NCBI GenBank assembly: GCA_007118655.1 | Contig: SKRE01000001.1 | Span: 1-40,591 of the forward strand | Length of the DNA: 40,591 bases | DNA from: Clostridiales bacterium | GTDB taxonomy: Bacteria > Bacillota > Clostridia > Peptostreptococcales > T1SED10-28 | Reading direction: 5' to 3' | In this document: positions 1 to 11,019 of the stretch, piece by piece | How the letters are laid out: each line of letters begins with the position of its first letter | Position numbering within the stretch: position 1 is the first letter of the stretch | Notes under the pieces: model-generated | Database searches by the model: none | What the model saw: the letters and a program-made list of their open reading frames with translations, nothing else | What the model was told of the DNA's origin: nothing | Program-made: the position numbers and the translations under genes

Positions 1-2504
1 AAAAAGTGGATTTCAAAAGAAGTCGATCCTATCATATAATAATCCTGGCAAAGAATATGGTGGGGCTGAAAAACCTGTATCAGCTGGTGTCGGCCTCCCA
101 TATGGACTATTTTTACAAAAAGCCCCGAATTCCCAAGAGTCTGATCCGCCGTCACCGGGAGGGACTGATTTTAGGTACCGCCTGTGAGGCGGGAGAGCTT
201 TACCAAAGCGTCCTGAAAAATGATCCGCCGGAAAAGACCGGGGAGATTGTAAAGGAATACGATTTTCTCGAGGTGCAGCCCCTGGAAAATAACCGATTCT
301 TAGTGGATAAAGGATTCCTGCGGTCCACGGGAGATCTGGAAAATATCAACAAGCGCATTATCGCCCTGGGTGAAAAGTATGAAAAACCCGTGGTTGCTAC
401 GGGAGACGTACACTTTTTAAACAAAGAGGATGAAATTTACCGAAAAGTCTTAATGACCGGTCAAGGGTTTGACGATGCGGGGAATCAACCGCCCCTGCAT
501 TTAAAAACCACGGGGGAAATGCTTTCGGATTTCTCCTATCTTTCCAGGGAAAAGGCCCGGGAAATTGTCATCGACAACCCGGCAATGATTGCGGATTCTG
601 TGGAATCCATCAAACCCATTCCCGACGGCACGTTTCCTCCGGAGATTGAGGGTTCCGAGGAAAATCTTCGACAGATGTGTCATAATAAAGCCAAAAGAAT
701 CTACGGAGATCCCGTGCCGGAACTGGTAATCAATCGACTGGATAAAGAGTTGAACTCTATTATTTCCAACGGCTATGCCGTTTTGTACGTGATTTCCCAA
801 AAACTGGTAACCAAATCCTTGGAAGACGGATATTTAGTAGGTTCACGGGGATCCGTAGGCTCCTCCTTTGCTGCCACCATGAGTGATATTACGGAAGTGA
901 ACCCGCTGCCCCCTCATTATGTCTGCGGCAGCTGTCAACATTCCGAATTTTTCACTGACGGATCCTACGCCTCGGGCTTTGACCTGCCGGATAAAAAATG
1001 TCCGAAGTGTGAAAGTGAACTTACCAAGGACGGCCATGATATTCCCTTTGAAGTATTTTTAGGCTTTGAAGGAGATAAGGAGCCGGATATTGACCTGAAC
1101 TTCGCCGGTGAATATCAAAGCGTCGCCCATCAATATACGGAAGAACTCTTTGGAAAAGGAAAGGTTTTTCGGGCGGGCACCATCGGCACCATCGCCGATA
1201 AAACCGCCTACGGATTTGTTCGTAAATACCTGGATGAAAAAGAAATCATCTCCAACCGGGCGGAGATCAACCGTCTGGTAAGCGGTTGTACGGGAGTGAA
1301 AAGAACCTCGGGACAACATCCCGGGGGGGTAATGATTGTGCCCAAGGATAAGGACATTCATGATTTCTGTCCCATCCAATATCCTGCAAATGATTCCAAA
1401 TCCGGGGTCGTCACCACCCATTTCGACTACAACGCCATTAGCGGCCGGCTGTTAAAGTTGGATATTTTAGGCCATGACGGACCCACGGTCATTAAAATGC
1501 TGGAGGATTTAACCGGAACCGATGCCCTGAAGTGGCCCCTGGATGATGCCCGGGTCCTCAGTCTCTTTACCGGTACCAAGGAACTCGGTGTGAATCCCAA
1601 AGAGCTGGGCTGCCCTGTGGGAACCCTGGGAATCCCGGAGTTCGGAACAAAATTTGTACGGCAGATGCTGATGGACACCAAACCCTCCACCTTCGGAGAG
1701 CTGGTCCGAATCAGTGGACTGTCCCATGGAACCGATGTGTGGCTGAATAATGCCCAGGATCTGGTTCGAAATAAAGTCGTGGAGCTCAAGGATGTTATCT
1801 CCACCAGAGATGATATTATGAACTACCTGATATTAAAGGGACTGCCTTCCAAACTTTCCTTTAAGATTATGGAAAAGGTCCGTAAAGGAAAAGGCATTAC
1901 CGAGGAGGATGAGGCCGCCATGGTGGAGAATCAGGTGCCCGATTGGTACATTGACTCCTGTAAAAAGATTAAATACATGTTTCCGAAGGCCCATGCGGCA
2001 GCCTATGTGATGATGTCCTTTCGAATTGCCTGCTATAAGGTCTATCATCCGGAAGCGTTTTATGCCACCTACTTTACCACAAAAGCCGAGGATTTTGATG
2101 CAGGGCTGGTAGTAAAGGGTGTGGAAGCCATGAAGGAAAGAATTAAGGCTATTGAAAGTCTCGGCAATGACGCCACCGCCAAGGAGAAAAACCTCCTAAC
2201 GGTTCTGGAGGTGTCCCTGGAGATGTATCTTCGGGGGATTGAACTCCTGCCCGTGGATCTTTACAATTCCGATGCGGACCGTTTCCAAATTCTGGAGGGG
2301 AAACTGCTGCCTCCCTTAAAATCCTTACAGGGTGTAGGGGAGAATGCGGCGAAAAACATCGTAGCGGGAAGAGACTTAGGGGAATTTTTATCGATTCAGG
2401 ATCTGGTTCAAAAGACCAAGGTTTCCAAAACCGTAATCGAGGCCCTAAAGGAAAACCGGTGCATACTGGACCTCCCTGAAACCAATCAATTATCCCTATT
2501 TTAA
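1..2504 (+). CDS. polC: DNA polymerase III PolC-type alpha subunit, 5'-truncated by window edge
   Basis: PHP-domain remainder ([15 protein letters not shown]), [13 protein letters not shown], Zn finger CGSC..CPKC, catalytic [27 protein letters not shown]-terminal clamp-binding QLSLF; no intein seen. Confidence 0.98.
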   Translation, partial: KVDFKRSRSYHIIILAKNMVGLKNLYQLVSASHMDYFYKKPRIPKSLIRRHREGLILGTACEAGELYQSVLKNDPPEKTGEIVKEYDFLEVQPLENNRFLVDKGFLRSTGDLENINKRIIALGEKYEKPVVATGDVHFLNKEDEIYRKVLMTGQGFDDAGNQPPLHLKTTGEMLSDFSYLSREKAREIVIDNPAMIADSVESIKPIPDGTFPPEIEGSEENLRQMCHNKAKRIYGDPVPELVINRLDKELNSIISNGYAVLYVISQKLVTKSLEDGYLVGSRGSVGSSFAATMSDITEVNPLPPHYVCGSCQHSEFFTDGSYASGFDLPDKKCPKCESELTKDGHDIPFEVFLGFEGDKEPDIDLNFAGEYQSVAHQYTEELFGKGKVFRAGTIGTIADKTAYGFVRKYLDEKEIISNRAEINRLVSGCTGVKRTSGQHPGGVMIVPKDKDIHDFCPIQYPANDSKSGVVTTHFDYNAISGRLLKLDILGHDGPTVIKMLEDLTGTDALKWPLDDARVLSLFTGTKELGVNPKELGCPVGTLGIPEFGTKFVRQMLMDTKPSTFGELVRISGLSHGTDVWLNNAQDLVRNKVVELKDVISTRDDIMNYLILKGLPSKLSFKIMEKVRKGKGITEEDEAAMVENQVPDWYIDSCKKIKYMFPKAHAAAYVMMSFRIACYKVYHPEAFYATYFTTKAEDFDAGLVVKGVEAMKERIKAIESLGNDATAKEKNLLTVLEVSLEMYLRGIELLPVDLYNSDADRFQILEGKLLPPLKSLQGVGENAAKNIVAGRDLGEFLSIQDLVQKTKVSKTVIEALKENRCILDLPETNQLSLF

Positions 2505-2505
2505 C

Positions 2506-2534
2506 TTGTACAATCAGGGGGATTATGATATACT
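2506..2534 (+). promoter_or_regulatory. SigA-type promoter of rimP-nusA-infB operon
   Basis: TTGTAC (2506-2511), 17 nt, TGaTATACT extended -10 (TATACT 2529-2534). Confidence 0.75.
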
Positions 2535-2561
2535 GATTGTAATCAGAGGACTTTACCGTGG

Positions 2562-2598
2562 AAGAGTGGGAGCAACATACCCACTCTTTGCTATTTAT
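2562..2598 (+). promoter_or_regulatory. rimP leader attenuator-like hairpin
   Basis: AAGAGTGGG (2562-2570) / CCCACTCTT (2580-2588) perfect 9-bp stem with weak U-rich tail, between promoter and rimP; matches the conserved rimP-leader terminator. Confidence 0.75.
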
Positions 2599-2662
2599 AC
2601 TAATAAAAGTGCGTCAACAACAGATGAAAAAAATAATAAAACCTTCAAAGGAGGTACGAAAT

Positions 2663-3124
2663 TTGAAAAGAAAAGAAGTGGAAGAGCGGGTGGAATCCTT
2701 GGTGCTTTCAGCCCTGGATCAAGCTTTCGAACTGGTGGATGTGGAGTATGTAAAAGAGGGACCCCATCGGTTTTTACGGATTTATGTGGATAAAGAAGGG
2801 GGTATTACCCTGGAGGACTGCCAAAAAATCAGTGAGAGCGTAAGCGGACCCTTGGACAAGCAGGATTTTATTGATGAAGCCTATTTCCTGGAGGTTTCCT
2901 CTCCGGGACTGGACCGACCGTTGAAAAAGGACGAGGATTACCATCGTTTTAACGGAGAAAATATTGAAGTAAAGCTCTATGAAGCCATGAACGGAGAAAA
3001 GGTTTATGAAGGGGAATTGTTAGGGTTTTCCGATGATACGGTGGAAATGATGACCGACAAGAAGGAAACCGTGAAAATTCCGAAAAGCAAAATTGCAAGT
3101 GCCAAGCTGGCAGTAAAACTATAA
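2663..3124 (+). CDS. rimP: ribosome maturation factor RimP
   Basis: LRIYVDKEGGITLEDC, YFLEVSSPGLDRPL; start moved to TTG 2663 after SD AAAGGAGGT; first gene before nusA. Confidence 0.97.
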   Translation: MKRKEVEERVESLVLSALDQAFELVDVEYVKEGPHRFLRIYVDKEGGITLEDCQKISESVSGPLDKQDFIDEAYFLEVSSPGLDRPLKKDEDYHRFNGENIEVKLYEAMNGEKVYEGELLGFSDDTVEMMTDKKETVKIPKSKIASAKLAVKL

Positions 3125-3136
3125 GGGGGTAGCAGG

Positions 3137-4417
3137 ATGAAGTTGGAATTTATCAACGCCCTTGAAGAAATTCAACGGGAAAAAGGGGTTTCTAAGGAAA
3201 TACTGTTGGAAGCCATTGAAGCAGCCTTAATATCAAGTTATAAAAGAAACTTCGGATCCTCTCAGAATGTTCGTGTAAACATTGAAGAGGACACGGGAGA
3301 AATTCAGGTGTATTCCCAGAAAAACGTGGTGGAAGTGGTAGAGGACGATACCCAGGAAATCACCCTGGAAGAAGCCAAGGAAAAGCACCCCAATTACGAA
3401 ATCGGGGACATCGTGGAAGAGGAAGTAACCCCGAGAAACTTTGGGCGAATTGCCGCTCAAACCGCAAAACAAGTAGTGGTGCAGCGAATCCGGGAAGCGG
3501 AGCGGGGGGTAGTCTACGATGAGTACGTCAATCGTGCGTCGGAGATTATCACCGGAACGATTTCAAGGGTTTCCAAAGGGCTGGTATTTGTAGACCTTGG
3601 AAAAACCGAAGGGATTTTAGAGCCCAACGAACAGGTGCCCACGGAGGAATATATTCATAATCAACGGATCAAAGCCTATATTCTGGAAGTTAAAAGAACC
3701 ACCAAGGGACCCCAGATTCTTCTCTCAAGAAGTCATCCCGGGCTGGTAAAGCGTCTGTTCGAACTGGAAGTACCGGAAATTCATGACGGTGTAGTGGAAG
3801 TCGTGGGAATTTCCAGAGAAGCGGGCTTTCGTTCCAAGCTGGCGGTAAAATCCTTAGATGAAAACGTGGACCCCGTAGGAGCCTGTGTAGGTCATAAAGG
3901 AAGCCGGGTGCAGAGGATTGTGGAAGAACTCAGCGGCGAGAAAATGGACATCATCAAATACAGCGATGATCCCGGAGAGTTTATTACCGCAGCCCTTAGT
4001 CCATCCAAAGTGGTCAAGGTTATGACCAGCGACAAGGATAAAGCCGCACGGGTCATTGTTCCCGACTATCAGCTATCCTTAGCCATCGGTAAGGAAGGGC
4101 AAAACGCCCGACTGGCAGCGAAGCTTACGGGATGGAAGATTGACATAAAGTCCGAAACCCAGCACAAAGAAGCCGGGTCTCCCCGCTATGGTGAAGAGGA
4201 AAAAGCGGAGACCGCTGAAGCCTTGGAAAATAGTGAAACTGACCTGACGGAAGAAAACTCCCCGGAGGAAGAAACCGCGGCTGTTAAGGATTCCCCGGCA
4301 GAGGCTGATCTTAAAAACTTGGGGGAAGAAAATTCGGACAAAGAAACCAAGGAAGAAGCAGATCAGGGAACTGATCAAGACCCGGATCAAGATGAAGACC
4401 CTAAAGATCAGGAATAA
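3137..4417 (+). CDS. nusA: transcription termination/antitermination factor NusA, with long acidic C-terminal tail
   Basis: FGRIAAQTAKQV, S1 and KH domains, DPVGACVG, LSLAIGKEGQNARLAAKLTGWKIDI. Confidence 0.99.
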   Translation: MKLEFINALEEIQREKGVSKEILLEAIEAALISSYKRNFGSSQNVRVNIEEDTGEIQVYSQKNVVEVVEDDTQEITLEEAKEKHPNYEIGDIVEEEVTPRNFGRIAAQTAKQVVVQRIREAERGVVYDEYVNRASEIITGTISRVSKGLVFVDLGKTEGILEPNEQVPTEEYIHNQRIKAYILEVKRTTKGPQILLSRSHPGLVKRLFELEVPEIHDGVVEVVGISREAGFRSKLAVKSLDENVDPVGACVGHKGSRVQRIVEELSGEKMDIIKYSDDPGEFITAALSPSKVVKVMTSDKDKAARVIVPDYQLSLAIGKEGQNARLAAKLTGWKIDIKSETQHKEAGSPRYGEEEKAETAEALENSETDLTEENSPEEETAAVKDSPAEADLKNLGEENSDKETKEEADQGTDQDPDQDEDPKDQE

Positions 4418-4428
4418 GAGGTGATCCC

Positions 4429-4701
4429 ATGAAAAGTCGGAAAACCCCACTTCGAAAATGTATCGGATGTGGAGAATTAAAGGACAAACGGGAACTTATC
4501 CGGGTGGTTAGAAACAAAGAAGGGAAGATTTCCCTGGATACCACCGGAAGAGCCCAGGGCAGAGGCGCCTACATTTGCGCGGAAAAAGCCTGTTTACAAA
4601 AGGCCATCGAAAATCGGGGACTGAACCGTTCCTTTAAATGTGAAGTGCCGAAAGAGGTATACAATAAACTGTTAGAGGAGATTCCCGTCGATGAATCATA
4701 A
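4429..4701 (+). CDS. rnpM: YlxR/RnpM RNA-binding protein (DUF448)
   Basis: PLRKCIGC, ELIRVV, GRGAYIC; conserved position after nusA. Confidence 0.93.
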   Translation: MKSRKTPLRKCIGCGELKDKRELIRVVRNKEGKISLDTTGRAQGRGAYICAEKACLQKAIENRGLNRSFKCEVPKEVYNKLLEEIPVDES

Positions 4702-5005
4702 TCAAAAGTTATTAGGTCTTATAGGTTTAGCCATGCGGGCAGGACAAGTGGTCTCCGGTGATGAAGGAGTCCTTGCCGCCGTTAAGAGTCAAAAGGCATC
4801 GCTTGTTATTATTGCGGTAGATGCTTCCGATGGTACGAAAAAGAAATTTACGGATAAAAGCAGTTATCGAGACATACCCTGCCGGATCGCTTTTGAAAAG
4901 GACGTCCTGGGGCATGCCATCGGGAAAAAAACTAGGGCTGTTGTAGGGATTGTAGATCCCAATTTCGCAAAAAAAATGCTGGAGATGATCGATTGCAGTC
5001 ACTAG
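4691..5005 (+). CDS. L7Ae/YlxQ family RNA-binding protein
   Basis: LLGLIGLAMRAGQVVSG, IIAVDAS, LGHAIGK..RAVVGI; between ylxR and infB. Confidence 0.92.
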   Translation: MNHNQKLLGLIGLAMRAGQVVSGDEGVLAAVKSQKASLVIIAVDASDGTKKKFTDKSSYRDIPCRIAFEKDVLGHAIGKKTRAVVGIVDPNFAKKMLEMIDCSH

Positions 5006-5029
5006 CCTAAACTATAGGGGGTGTTTGAT

Positions 5030-7150
5030 TTGTCAAAGGTCAGAGTGTACGAATTAGCAAAAAAGCTGGAGATGAGTTCAAAGGAACTGATCACAAAATT
5101 AGAAGAGCTTTCCATTGAGGTTAACTCCCACATGAGCAGTTTGGAAAAAGAGGAAGTTAACATTATTGAAGAGCTTTTTGCCAAGCCCGAAGATGCAGGA
5201 AAAAAAGCGGAAGCAAAAACCCAGAAGGAAAAAGAGTCGGAGAAGAAAGCGGCGGAACCGAAAAAAACCAACAAAAAAGCCGGCAGGAAAAAGCTTTCAA
5301 AAAAGGAACGAAAGAAACAGTATGCACAGGATAAAGAAAACCGTGAAGAAAAAAGTGAAGGAAAGAATGAGGTGGATGACATAATCGAATTAGAAGAAAA
5401 GATCATCGTAAAGGATTTAGCAGAAAAACTGGACAAAAACCCCAATGAAATCATTGGGAAACTGGTACAGCTGGGAATTATGGCGGCAATCAATCAGGAA
5501 GTGGATTTTGAAACCGCGGAATTAATCGCCAGTGAGTACGACATTGAAGTATCCCTGATCGAATCGGAAGAAGAAGTGGAAGATCCGGAAGAATTTTTAA
5601 GTTTTGAACTTGAAGAGGACGATCCTGCGGATCTGGAATTCCGATCCCCGGTAATCAGCGTCATGGGTCATGTAGACCACGGAAAAACCACGTTGCTGGA
5701 CGCCATTCGAAAAACCAAGCATGTGGATACGGAAGCCGGAGGAATTACTCAGCATATCGGAGCCTCGGAGATTATGATCAATGATCAAAAGATTGTATTC
5801 CTTGACACTCCGGGACATGAGGCCTTTACTTCCATGCGGGCCCGAGGAGCGAAAGCTACGGATATCGCAATACTGGTTGTGGCCGCCGATGACGGGGTAA
5901 TGCCTCAAACCATTGAAGCCATTAACCATGCAAGAGCTGCAGAGATTCCTATGATCGTTGCCATAAACAAGATCGATAAACCGGGAGCCAATCCCGACCG
6001 GGTAAAGCAGGAACTTACGGAACATAATGTGGTTATTGAGGATTGGGGCGGCGATGTTATTGCCGTGGAAGTATCCGCCATTGAAGGTACGGGCATTGAT
6101 CAATTACTGGAAACCATTATTTTAGTTGCGGAAATGGAAGAGCTAAAGGCGAATCCCAAGAGAAAAGCCTTAGGGATCGTTATCGAAGCCAACTTGGATA
6201 AAGGCCGTGGAGCCGTGGCTACCGTGCTTGTGAAAAACGGAACCTTAAATATCGGCGACAATGTGGTTGTCGGCCTGGCTTCAGGGAAAATCCGAGCCAT
6301 GGTTAACGACTCGGGAAAACGACTGAAAAAAGCGGGTCCAGCCACAGCCGTGGAGGTCACCGGACTGTCGGAAGTACCTAAGGCGGGAGACAAACTCATC
6401 GTTGTAGACGACGAGAAAATGGCCCGAAATATTGCGGCAAAACGACAAAGCAAGCTTAAATTAGATAAAGTAAAATCCGATAAACGGGTATCCTTGGAAG
6501 ATTTATATGATCGTATGAAAGAAGGGGAACTGAAGGAATTAAACATCATCGTAAAAGCGGATGTTCAAGGTTCCGTAGAGGCCGTACGACAATCCTTAAT
6601 CAAACTTTCCAACGAAGAAGTGGTAATTAAGCCGATTCACGGTGGAGTCGGCGCCATCACCGAGACCGATGTAATGCTGGCCTCCGCTTCCAATGCGATT
6701 ATCATCGGGTTTAATGTCCGACCCACCTCTTCCGCTACAGCCATAGCCAAGAGCGAGGAAGTGGATTTAAGAACCTATCGAATTATATACAAAGCCATTG
6801 AAGATATTGAAGCGGCCATGGAAGGTATGCTGGATCCTGAATTCAAAGAGGTGGACCTTGGGAAGGTGGAAGTACGGGCAACCTTTAAAGTTCCCAATGC
6901 AGGCATGGTGGCCGGGTGTTATGTACTGGAAGGCAAGATTACGAGAAACTCCAAAATCCGACTGGTTCGCGACGGAATTGTGATTCACGAGGGAGAAATC
7001 GATTCCCTCAGACGATTCAAGGACGAAGCCAAAGAAGTGGTTAAGGGTTATGAATGCGGGGTAGGCATCGAGAACTTTAACGACGTTAAAGAAGGAGACA
7101 TTATTGAAGCCTATGAGATTCAAGAAATCGAGCGTAAGTTAAAGAAGTAA
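5030..7150 (+). CDS. infB: translation initiation factor IF-2
   Basis: [12 protein letters not shown]-terminus (TTG 5030 after SD AGGGGGTG), [33 protein letters not shown]. Confidence 0.99.
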   Translation: MSKVRVYELAKKLEMSSKELITKLEELSIEVNSHMSSLEKEEVNIIEELFAKPEDAGKKAEAKTQKEKESEKKAAEPKKTNKKAGRKKLSKKERKKQYAQDKENREEKSEGKNEVDDIIELEEKIIVKDLAEKLDKNPNEIIGKLVQLGIMAAINQEVDFETAELIASEYDIEVSLIESEEEVEDPEEFLSFELEEDDPADLEFRSPVISVMGHVDHGKTTLLDAIRKTKHVDTEAGGITQHIGASEIMINDQKIVFLDTPGHEAFTSMRARGAKATDIAILVVAADDGVMPQTIEAINHARAAEIPMIVAINKIDKPGANPDRVKQELTEHNVVIEDWGGDVIAVEVSAIEGTGIDQLLETIILVAEMEELKANPKRKALGIVIEANLDKGRGAVATVLVKNGTLNIGDNVVVGLASGKIRAMVNDSGKRLKKAGPATAVEVTGLSEVPKAGDKLIVVDDEKMARNIAAKRQSKLKLDKVKSDKRVSLEDLYDRMKEGELKELNIIVKADVQGSVEAVRQSLIKLSNEEVVIKPIHGGVGAITETDVMLASASNAIIIGFNVRPTSSATAIAKSEEVDLRTYRIIYKAIEDIEAAMEGMLDPEFKEVDLGKVEVRATFKVPNAGMVAGCYVLEGKITRNSKIRLVRDGIVIHEGEIDSLRRFKDEAKEVVKGYECGVGIENFNDVKEGDIIEAYEIQEIERKLKK

Positions 7151-7181
7151 ACCGAAAGCCGGAACAGAAAGGAAGATGATG

Positions 7182-7595
7182 ATGGCTTATTCAAGAGAAG
7201 AACGGCTCAGTGAAGAAATTAAAAAAATCACCAGTAAAATTATTCGGGATGAGTTAAGAGATCCCCGGATTGCTCCGATTACTTCCGTGACGGAAGTGGA
7301 CGTAACCCGGGATCTTCGATTCGCCACACTGTTTATCAGTGTTCTGGGTTCCGAGGAAGATAAAAAGGGTACCATTGAGGCCTTAAACCATGCCAAGGGG
7401 CTCCTTAGAAAAGAAGTGGGAAAAAGAATCAGCTCCCACTATACTCCGGAAATAGTAATTAAAATGGATGAATCCATTGAACACGGAGTGAAGATGCATC
7501 AAAAGATCAATGAGGTAAGAGAAAAAGAAGAAGCGCGGAATGCAAAAAATTCTTCGAAGGAAGAGGAAGCCTCAGGGGATTCCCATGATTCATAG
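7182..7595 (+). CDS. rbfA: 30S ribosome-binding factor A
   Basis: RLSEEIKK, LRDPRI, VTEVDVTRDLRFA, YTPEI..DESIEHG; three tandem ATGs (7176/7179/7182) so exact start uncertain. Confidence 0.97.
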   Translation: MAYSREERLSEEIKKITSKIIRDELRDPRIAPITSVTEVDVTRDLRFATLFISVLGSEEDKKGTIEALNHAKGLLRKEVGKRISSHYTPEIVIKMDESIEHGVKMHQKINEVREKEEARNAKNSSKEEEASGDSHDS

Positions 7596-8544
7596 AATTC
7601 ATCAGGAGATCAACAGGGCAGCGAAAATTGCCCTGATCTCCCACAAAAGCCCCGACGGAGACAGTCTGGGATCTGTAGCGGGACTGGGACAGGCCTTAAT
7701 GGAAACAGGCAAAGAAATTACCCTGTTTACCAACGACAGCATCCCGGGGAAATATGAATTTTTAGCAGAGCAAAACCCCTTTGTCCAGTATAAAAAAGGC
7801 ATGGGCAAAGACTTGGACCTCTTGTTTGTACTGGACTGCGGCCAGGCATCACGACTGGATTACAGCGAAGTAATACTTACTGAGGCAAAAACCGTGATCA
7901 ACATTGATCACCATATGAGAAATCCGAATTTCGGCCATATCAACTGGGTGGATACGGAAATTTCCTCCACCTGTGAATTGGTTCTGGAGTTAATCAACGC
8001 ATTGAAGCTTCCCCTGAATTATGCCGGAGCAACCGCCCTTTACACGGGAATTGTTACGGATACGGGAAGCTTTATGTACGACAACACCTCCCCGAAAACC
8101 CTTAGGGCAGCCGCAAATCTTTTGGAAATGGGTGTGGATAAAGACCGGATTTACCGGGAAACATACCAAAGCCGAAACATCCGGGAGGTAAAACTTCTGG
8201 GGGAAGTGTTAAAGGATCTCACCCTGCTCTTTGACGGACGGGTGTCCTTTACAAGCCTCAGTCAGGAAATCCTTAAAAGCTACGACCTGGATATTCAAGC
8301 CATGGATGAACTGATTGACTTTACCCGGGACATTGCCGGGGTGGAGATCTCCATCGTCTTAAAAGAGATGGAAAACGGCGGTACAAAAATCGGATTTCGA
8401 TCGAAGAGCGACCGACGGGTAGACGGCCTGGCCCGTTCCTTTGGAGGGGGCGGCCATGAAAAAGCGGCGGGAGCCACGGTAAAAATGAACCCCGGCGAAA
8501 CCAAGCAGCAGCTGATAAAAGCCCTGGAAGAGCTGTTTGAATAA
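7585..8544 (+). CDS. nrnA: DHH/DHHA1 phosphoesterase (NrnA-like nanoRNase / pAp phosphatase)
   Basis: H..PDGDSLGS, VLDC, NIDHH, TDTG, GGGGH..AAG; start moved to ATG 7585 after AGGGGA. Confidence 0.9.
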   Translation: MIHRIHQEINRAAKIALISHKSPDGDSLGSVAGLGQALMETGKEITLFTNDSIPGKYEFLAEQNPFVQYKKGMGKDLDLLFVLDCGQASRLDYSEVILTEAKTVINIDHHMRNPNFGHINWVDTEISSTCELVLELINALKLPLNYAGATALYTGIVTDTGSFMYDNTSPKTLRAAANLLEMGVDKDRIYRETYQSRNIREVKLLGEVLKDLTLLFDGRVSFTSLSQEILKSYDLDIQAMDELIDFTRDIAGVEISIVLKEMENGGTKIGFRSKSDRRVDGLARSFGGGGHEKAAGATVKMNPGETKQQLIKALEELFE

Positions 8545-8630
8545 AGGGATTTTAACAGGTTATCTTAACAAATTATCATGGCAGAGGATTATATATAATC
8601 TATAAACTTATTTTGCGAGGAGGAACCCCT

Positions 8631-9530
8631 ATGAATGGGATTCTAAATATTATAAAACCCATTGGGATGACCTCCCATGATGTGGTCTATAAGGTTCGGA
8701 AAAAACTGGGCATTAAAAAAGTGGGACACACGGGAACCTTAGATCCCAATGCATCAGGAGTACTGCCCATTTGCGTCGGTCAGGGAACGAAAATTTCCCA
8801 GTTCCTGTTGGAAAAGGAAAAAGCTTACCGGACCACTTGTCGTCTGGGGATGGTTACCGACACCCAAGACCTGGACGGGAAGGTGTTGGATGAAAAACCG
8901 GTATCGATTTCCACCGAGGAGATTGAAAAGGCCCTGTTGGATTTTAAACCGGGCTATCACCAATTACCCCCCATGTACTCCGCCTTAAAGGTGGGGGGAA
9001 GAAAACTCTACGAATATGCCCGGGAAGGAATTGAAGTTCCCCGGGACAAACGGTGGGTGGAACTTTCCACCCTCACCTTGATCGATCACCGGGAAAAGCA
9101 GTTTACCCTGGATGTGGTCTGTTCCAAAGGGACTTATATTCGAACCCTTTGCCATGACATTGGAGAAAAACTGGGTGTGGGCGGGACCATGGCAGCCCTG
9201 GAAAGAACCCTGTCGGGGCCCTTCAGCATCGACCGGGGAATTCACCTGGAAGACTTTTTGCAGCTGGAACCGGAAGCCATCGAAAAACTGTTGTATCCTG
9301 TGGATTATCCCCTGGCCCATTATCCCAAGTACCAGGCAGGAAAAAATCAGGAGAAACAGGCCCTAAACGGAAACAAGCTTCCCTTAAGCGCCGAGGAGCT
9401 GAAACTTTTTCAGAATCAGGGAAAAGAACAGCACTACCGCATCTATCTGGAAGATCGGTTTATCGGCATCGGAGAAATCATAACCGAAGAAAACAGGGAA
9501 AAAATGAAATTTGTTAAAGTAATTCTTTAG
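8631..9530 (+). CDS. truB: tRNA pseudouridine(55) synthase
   Basis: KVGHTGTLDP.ASGVL, PPMYSALKVGG..LYEYAR, CSKGTYIRTL; ATG 8631 after GGAGG. Confidence 0.98.
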   Translation: MNGILNIIKPIGMTSHDVVYKVRKKLGIKKVGHTGTLDPNASGVLPICVGQGTKISQFLLEKEKAYRTTCRLGMVTDTQDLDGKVLDEKPVSISTEEIEKALLDFKPGYHQLPPMYSALKVGGRKLYEYAREGIEVPRDKRWVELSTLTLIDHREKQFTLDVVCSKGTYIRTLCHDIGEKLGVGGTMAALERTLSGPFSIDRGIHLEDFLQLEPEAIEKLLYPVDYPLAHYPKYQAGKNQEKQALNGNKLPLSAEELKLFQNQGKEQHYRIYLEDRFIGIGEIITEENREKMKFVKVIL

Positions 9531-9567
9531 TCCGATAACCGGGCAGCAAAACAAATGAGGGATAACC

Positions 9568-10509
9568 ATGAATATACTAAAATTAGATAAATCCTATAAA
9601 TCCCCATCGGCAAGGGGAGTAGCTCTGGGAAATTTTGACGGAGTTCACCTGGGACACCGACAGCTGTTAAAGACTGTTCGGGAAGAGTCCTTAAGGCAAA
9701 ATCTCTGCCCCAGTGTGTACACTTTTTTAAATCATCCCCGAAAGCATCAGGGAGAGACGACCTTAAAAGAAATTACCAGCCTTCAGAAAAAAGCGGAACT
9801 CTTCGCCGGGGCGGGGATTAAAGAGCTGATTCTCAGTCCTTTCAACAACGAGATAAAAAACATGGAACCGGAAGACTTTATCCGCTCGATCCTGGTGAAT
9901 CAGTTAAAAAGCAGACTTATCGTTGTGGGATTTGATTACCGTTTCGGGAAAAAAGCCCGGGGCAATCACGAGATGCTTCAGGAAATGGGCAAGTCCTTAG
10001 GTTTTCAGGTGGCAATGATTGATCCCTACAATTTTGGAGGAGAGAAAATCAGCAGCTCGAAAATTCGGGGGCTTATCGAAGCCGGGGAGGTAGATCGGAT
10101 GGAACAGTACTTAGGAAGGTACTACGCCATTCGGGGTCCCGTGATTCGGGGAAAAGGTCTTGGGACGGATATCGGTTTTCCCACGGCCAACATAAAAATC
10201 GACAGCAACCAGATTTTGCCGAAAAGCGGGGTATATGCCACTTATTCCAAAGTGGACGAGGAAATTTACCGAAGCGTGACCTCCGTGGGACATCAACCGA
10301 AGTTCAATGACCGGTCTGCGGAAGTGGAGTCCTTCTTTATGGATTACCAAGGCAATTTATATTCCCGTACCGTAGAGACGATTTTTGTAAAGTTTCTTCG
10401 GGGACAGATTTCCTTTGAAGGGCCCGAGGCCCTTAGCCGGCAGATTGAAAAAGATGCAAAAGAAGCGAAACTTCATTTACATTCCCATACCGATATGATA
10501 AACTATTAA
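9568..10509 (+). CDS. ribF: bifunctional riboflavin kinase / FAD synthetase
   Basis: GNFDGVHLGH, VGFDYRFG, ISSSKIR, GFPTAN; truB-ribF-rpsO synteny. Confidence 0.97.
   Translation: MNILKLDKSYKSPSARGVALGNFDGVHLGHRQLLKTVREESLRQNLCPSVYTFLNHPRKHQGETTLKEITSLQKKAELFAGAGIKELILSPFNNEIKNMEPEDFIRSILVNQLKSRLIVVGFDYRFGKKARGNHEMLQEMGKSLGFQVAMIDPYNFGGEKISSSKIRGLIEAGEVDRMEQYLGRYYAIRGPVIRGKGLGTDIGFPTANIKIDSNQILPKSGVYATYSKVDEEIYRSVTSVGHQPKFNDRSAEVESFFMDYQGNLYSRTVETIFVKFLRGQISFEGPEALSRQIEKDAKEAKLHLHSHTDMINY
10476..10504 (+). promoter_or_regulatory. rpsO promoter inside the ribF 3' end
   Basis: TTTACA (10476-10481), 17 nt, TGaTAAACT (TAAACT 10499-10504). Confidence 0.65.
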
Positions 10510-10519
10510 TGAATCAAAA

Positions 10520-10573
10520 CAACCCGTTCTCGGTAACTCGACAACTCCGGCGATTACTTAGATTGGGGGGTAC
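10520..10573 (+). promoter_or_regulatory. Firmicute-type S15 (rpsO) autoregulatory leader RNA
   Basis: AACCC...GGGGT closing stem enclosing GGTAA/TTACT and TCG/CGG pairings directly upstream of the rpsO SD; layout resembles the Firmicute S15-binding leader (recognised by eye, no covariance search). Confidence 0.65.
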
Positions 10574-10593
10574 AAAAAACAAGGAGGTGCAAC

Positions 10594-10857
10594 ATGAACA
10601 AAGACCAAAAGAACAACATCATTGACAGCTATAAGGTACACGAAAGTGACACCGGTTCTTCAGAGGTGCAAATCGCTCTGCTTACGGAAAGAATCAACCA
10701 CTTAAACGAACACCTTAAGATTCACAAAAAGGATCATCACTCACGAAGAGGTTTGTTAAAGATGGTAGGTAAAAGAAGAAATCTTCTAAACTACTTAAGA
10801 AACCAAGATATCGAGAAATACAGAGATATCCTTCAAAAACTGAACTTACGAAAATAA
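10594..10857 (+). CDS. rpsO: 30S ribosomal protein S15
   Basis: [32 protein letters not shown]. Confidence 0.99.
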   Translation: MNKDQKNNIIDSYKVHESDTGSSEVQIALLTERINHLNEHLKIHKKDHHSRRGLLKMVGKRRNLLNYLRNQDIEKYRDILQKLNLRK

Positions 10858-10861
10858 TAAA

Positions 10862-10890
10862 AGAGCGGGTAGCCACCAGCTCTATTATTG
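10862..10890 (+). terminator. probable intrinsic terminator after rpsO
   Basis: AGAGC-GG / CC-A-GCTCT stem followed by weak ATTATT tail. Confidence 0.5.
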
Positions 10891-10987
10891 AATGTGGGAA
10901 AGTTTTTTAAAACAACAAAATTGTCTATAATTTATATCCGATATTCTTATGAAATAGACCGAAAGTCTTAAAAAAAAAGAATATTCG

Positions 10988-10996
10988 TGATATAAT
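10988..10996 (+). promoter_or_regulatory. extended -10 promoter of pnp
   Basis: TGaTATAAT; poor -35 (TTAAAA) in an A-rich upstream region. Confidence 0.55.
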
Positions 10997-11019
10997 CAAT
11001 AATAGAGTGTAACTGAAGC

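Noticed and set aside
2506-2793. 95-aa + strand ORF overlapping the rimP leader
   Set aside because: Begins at the -35 hexamer, has no SD and overlaps rimP out of frame
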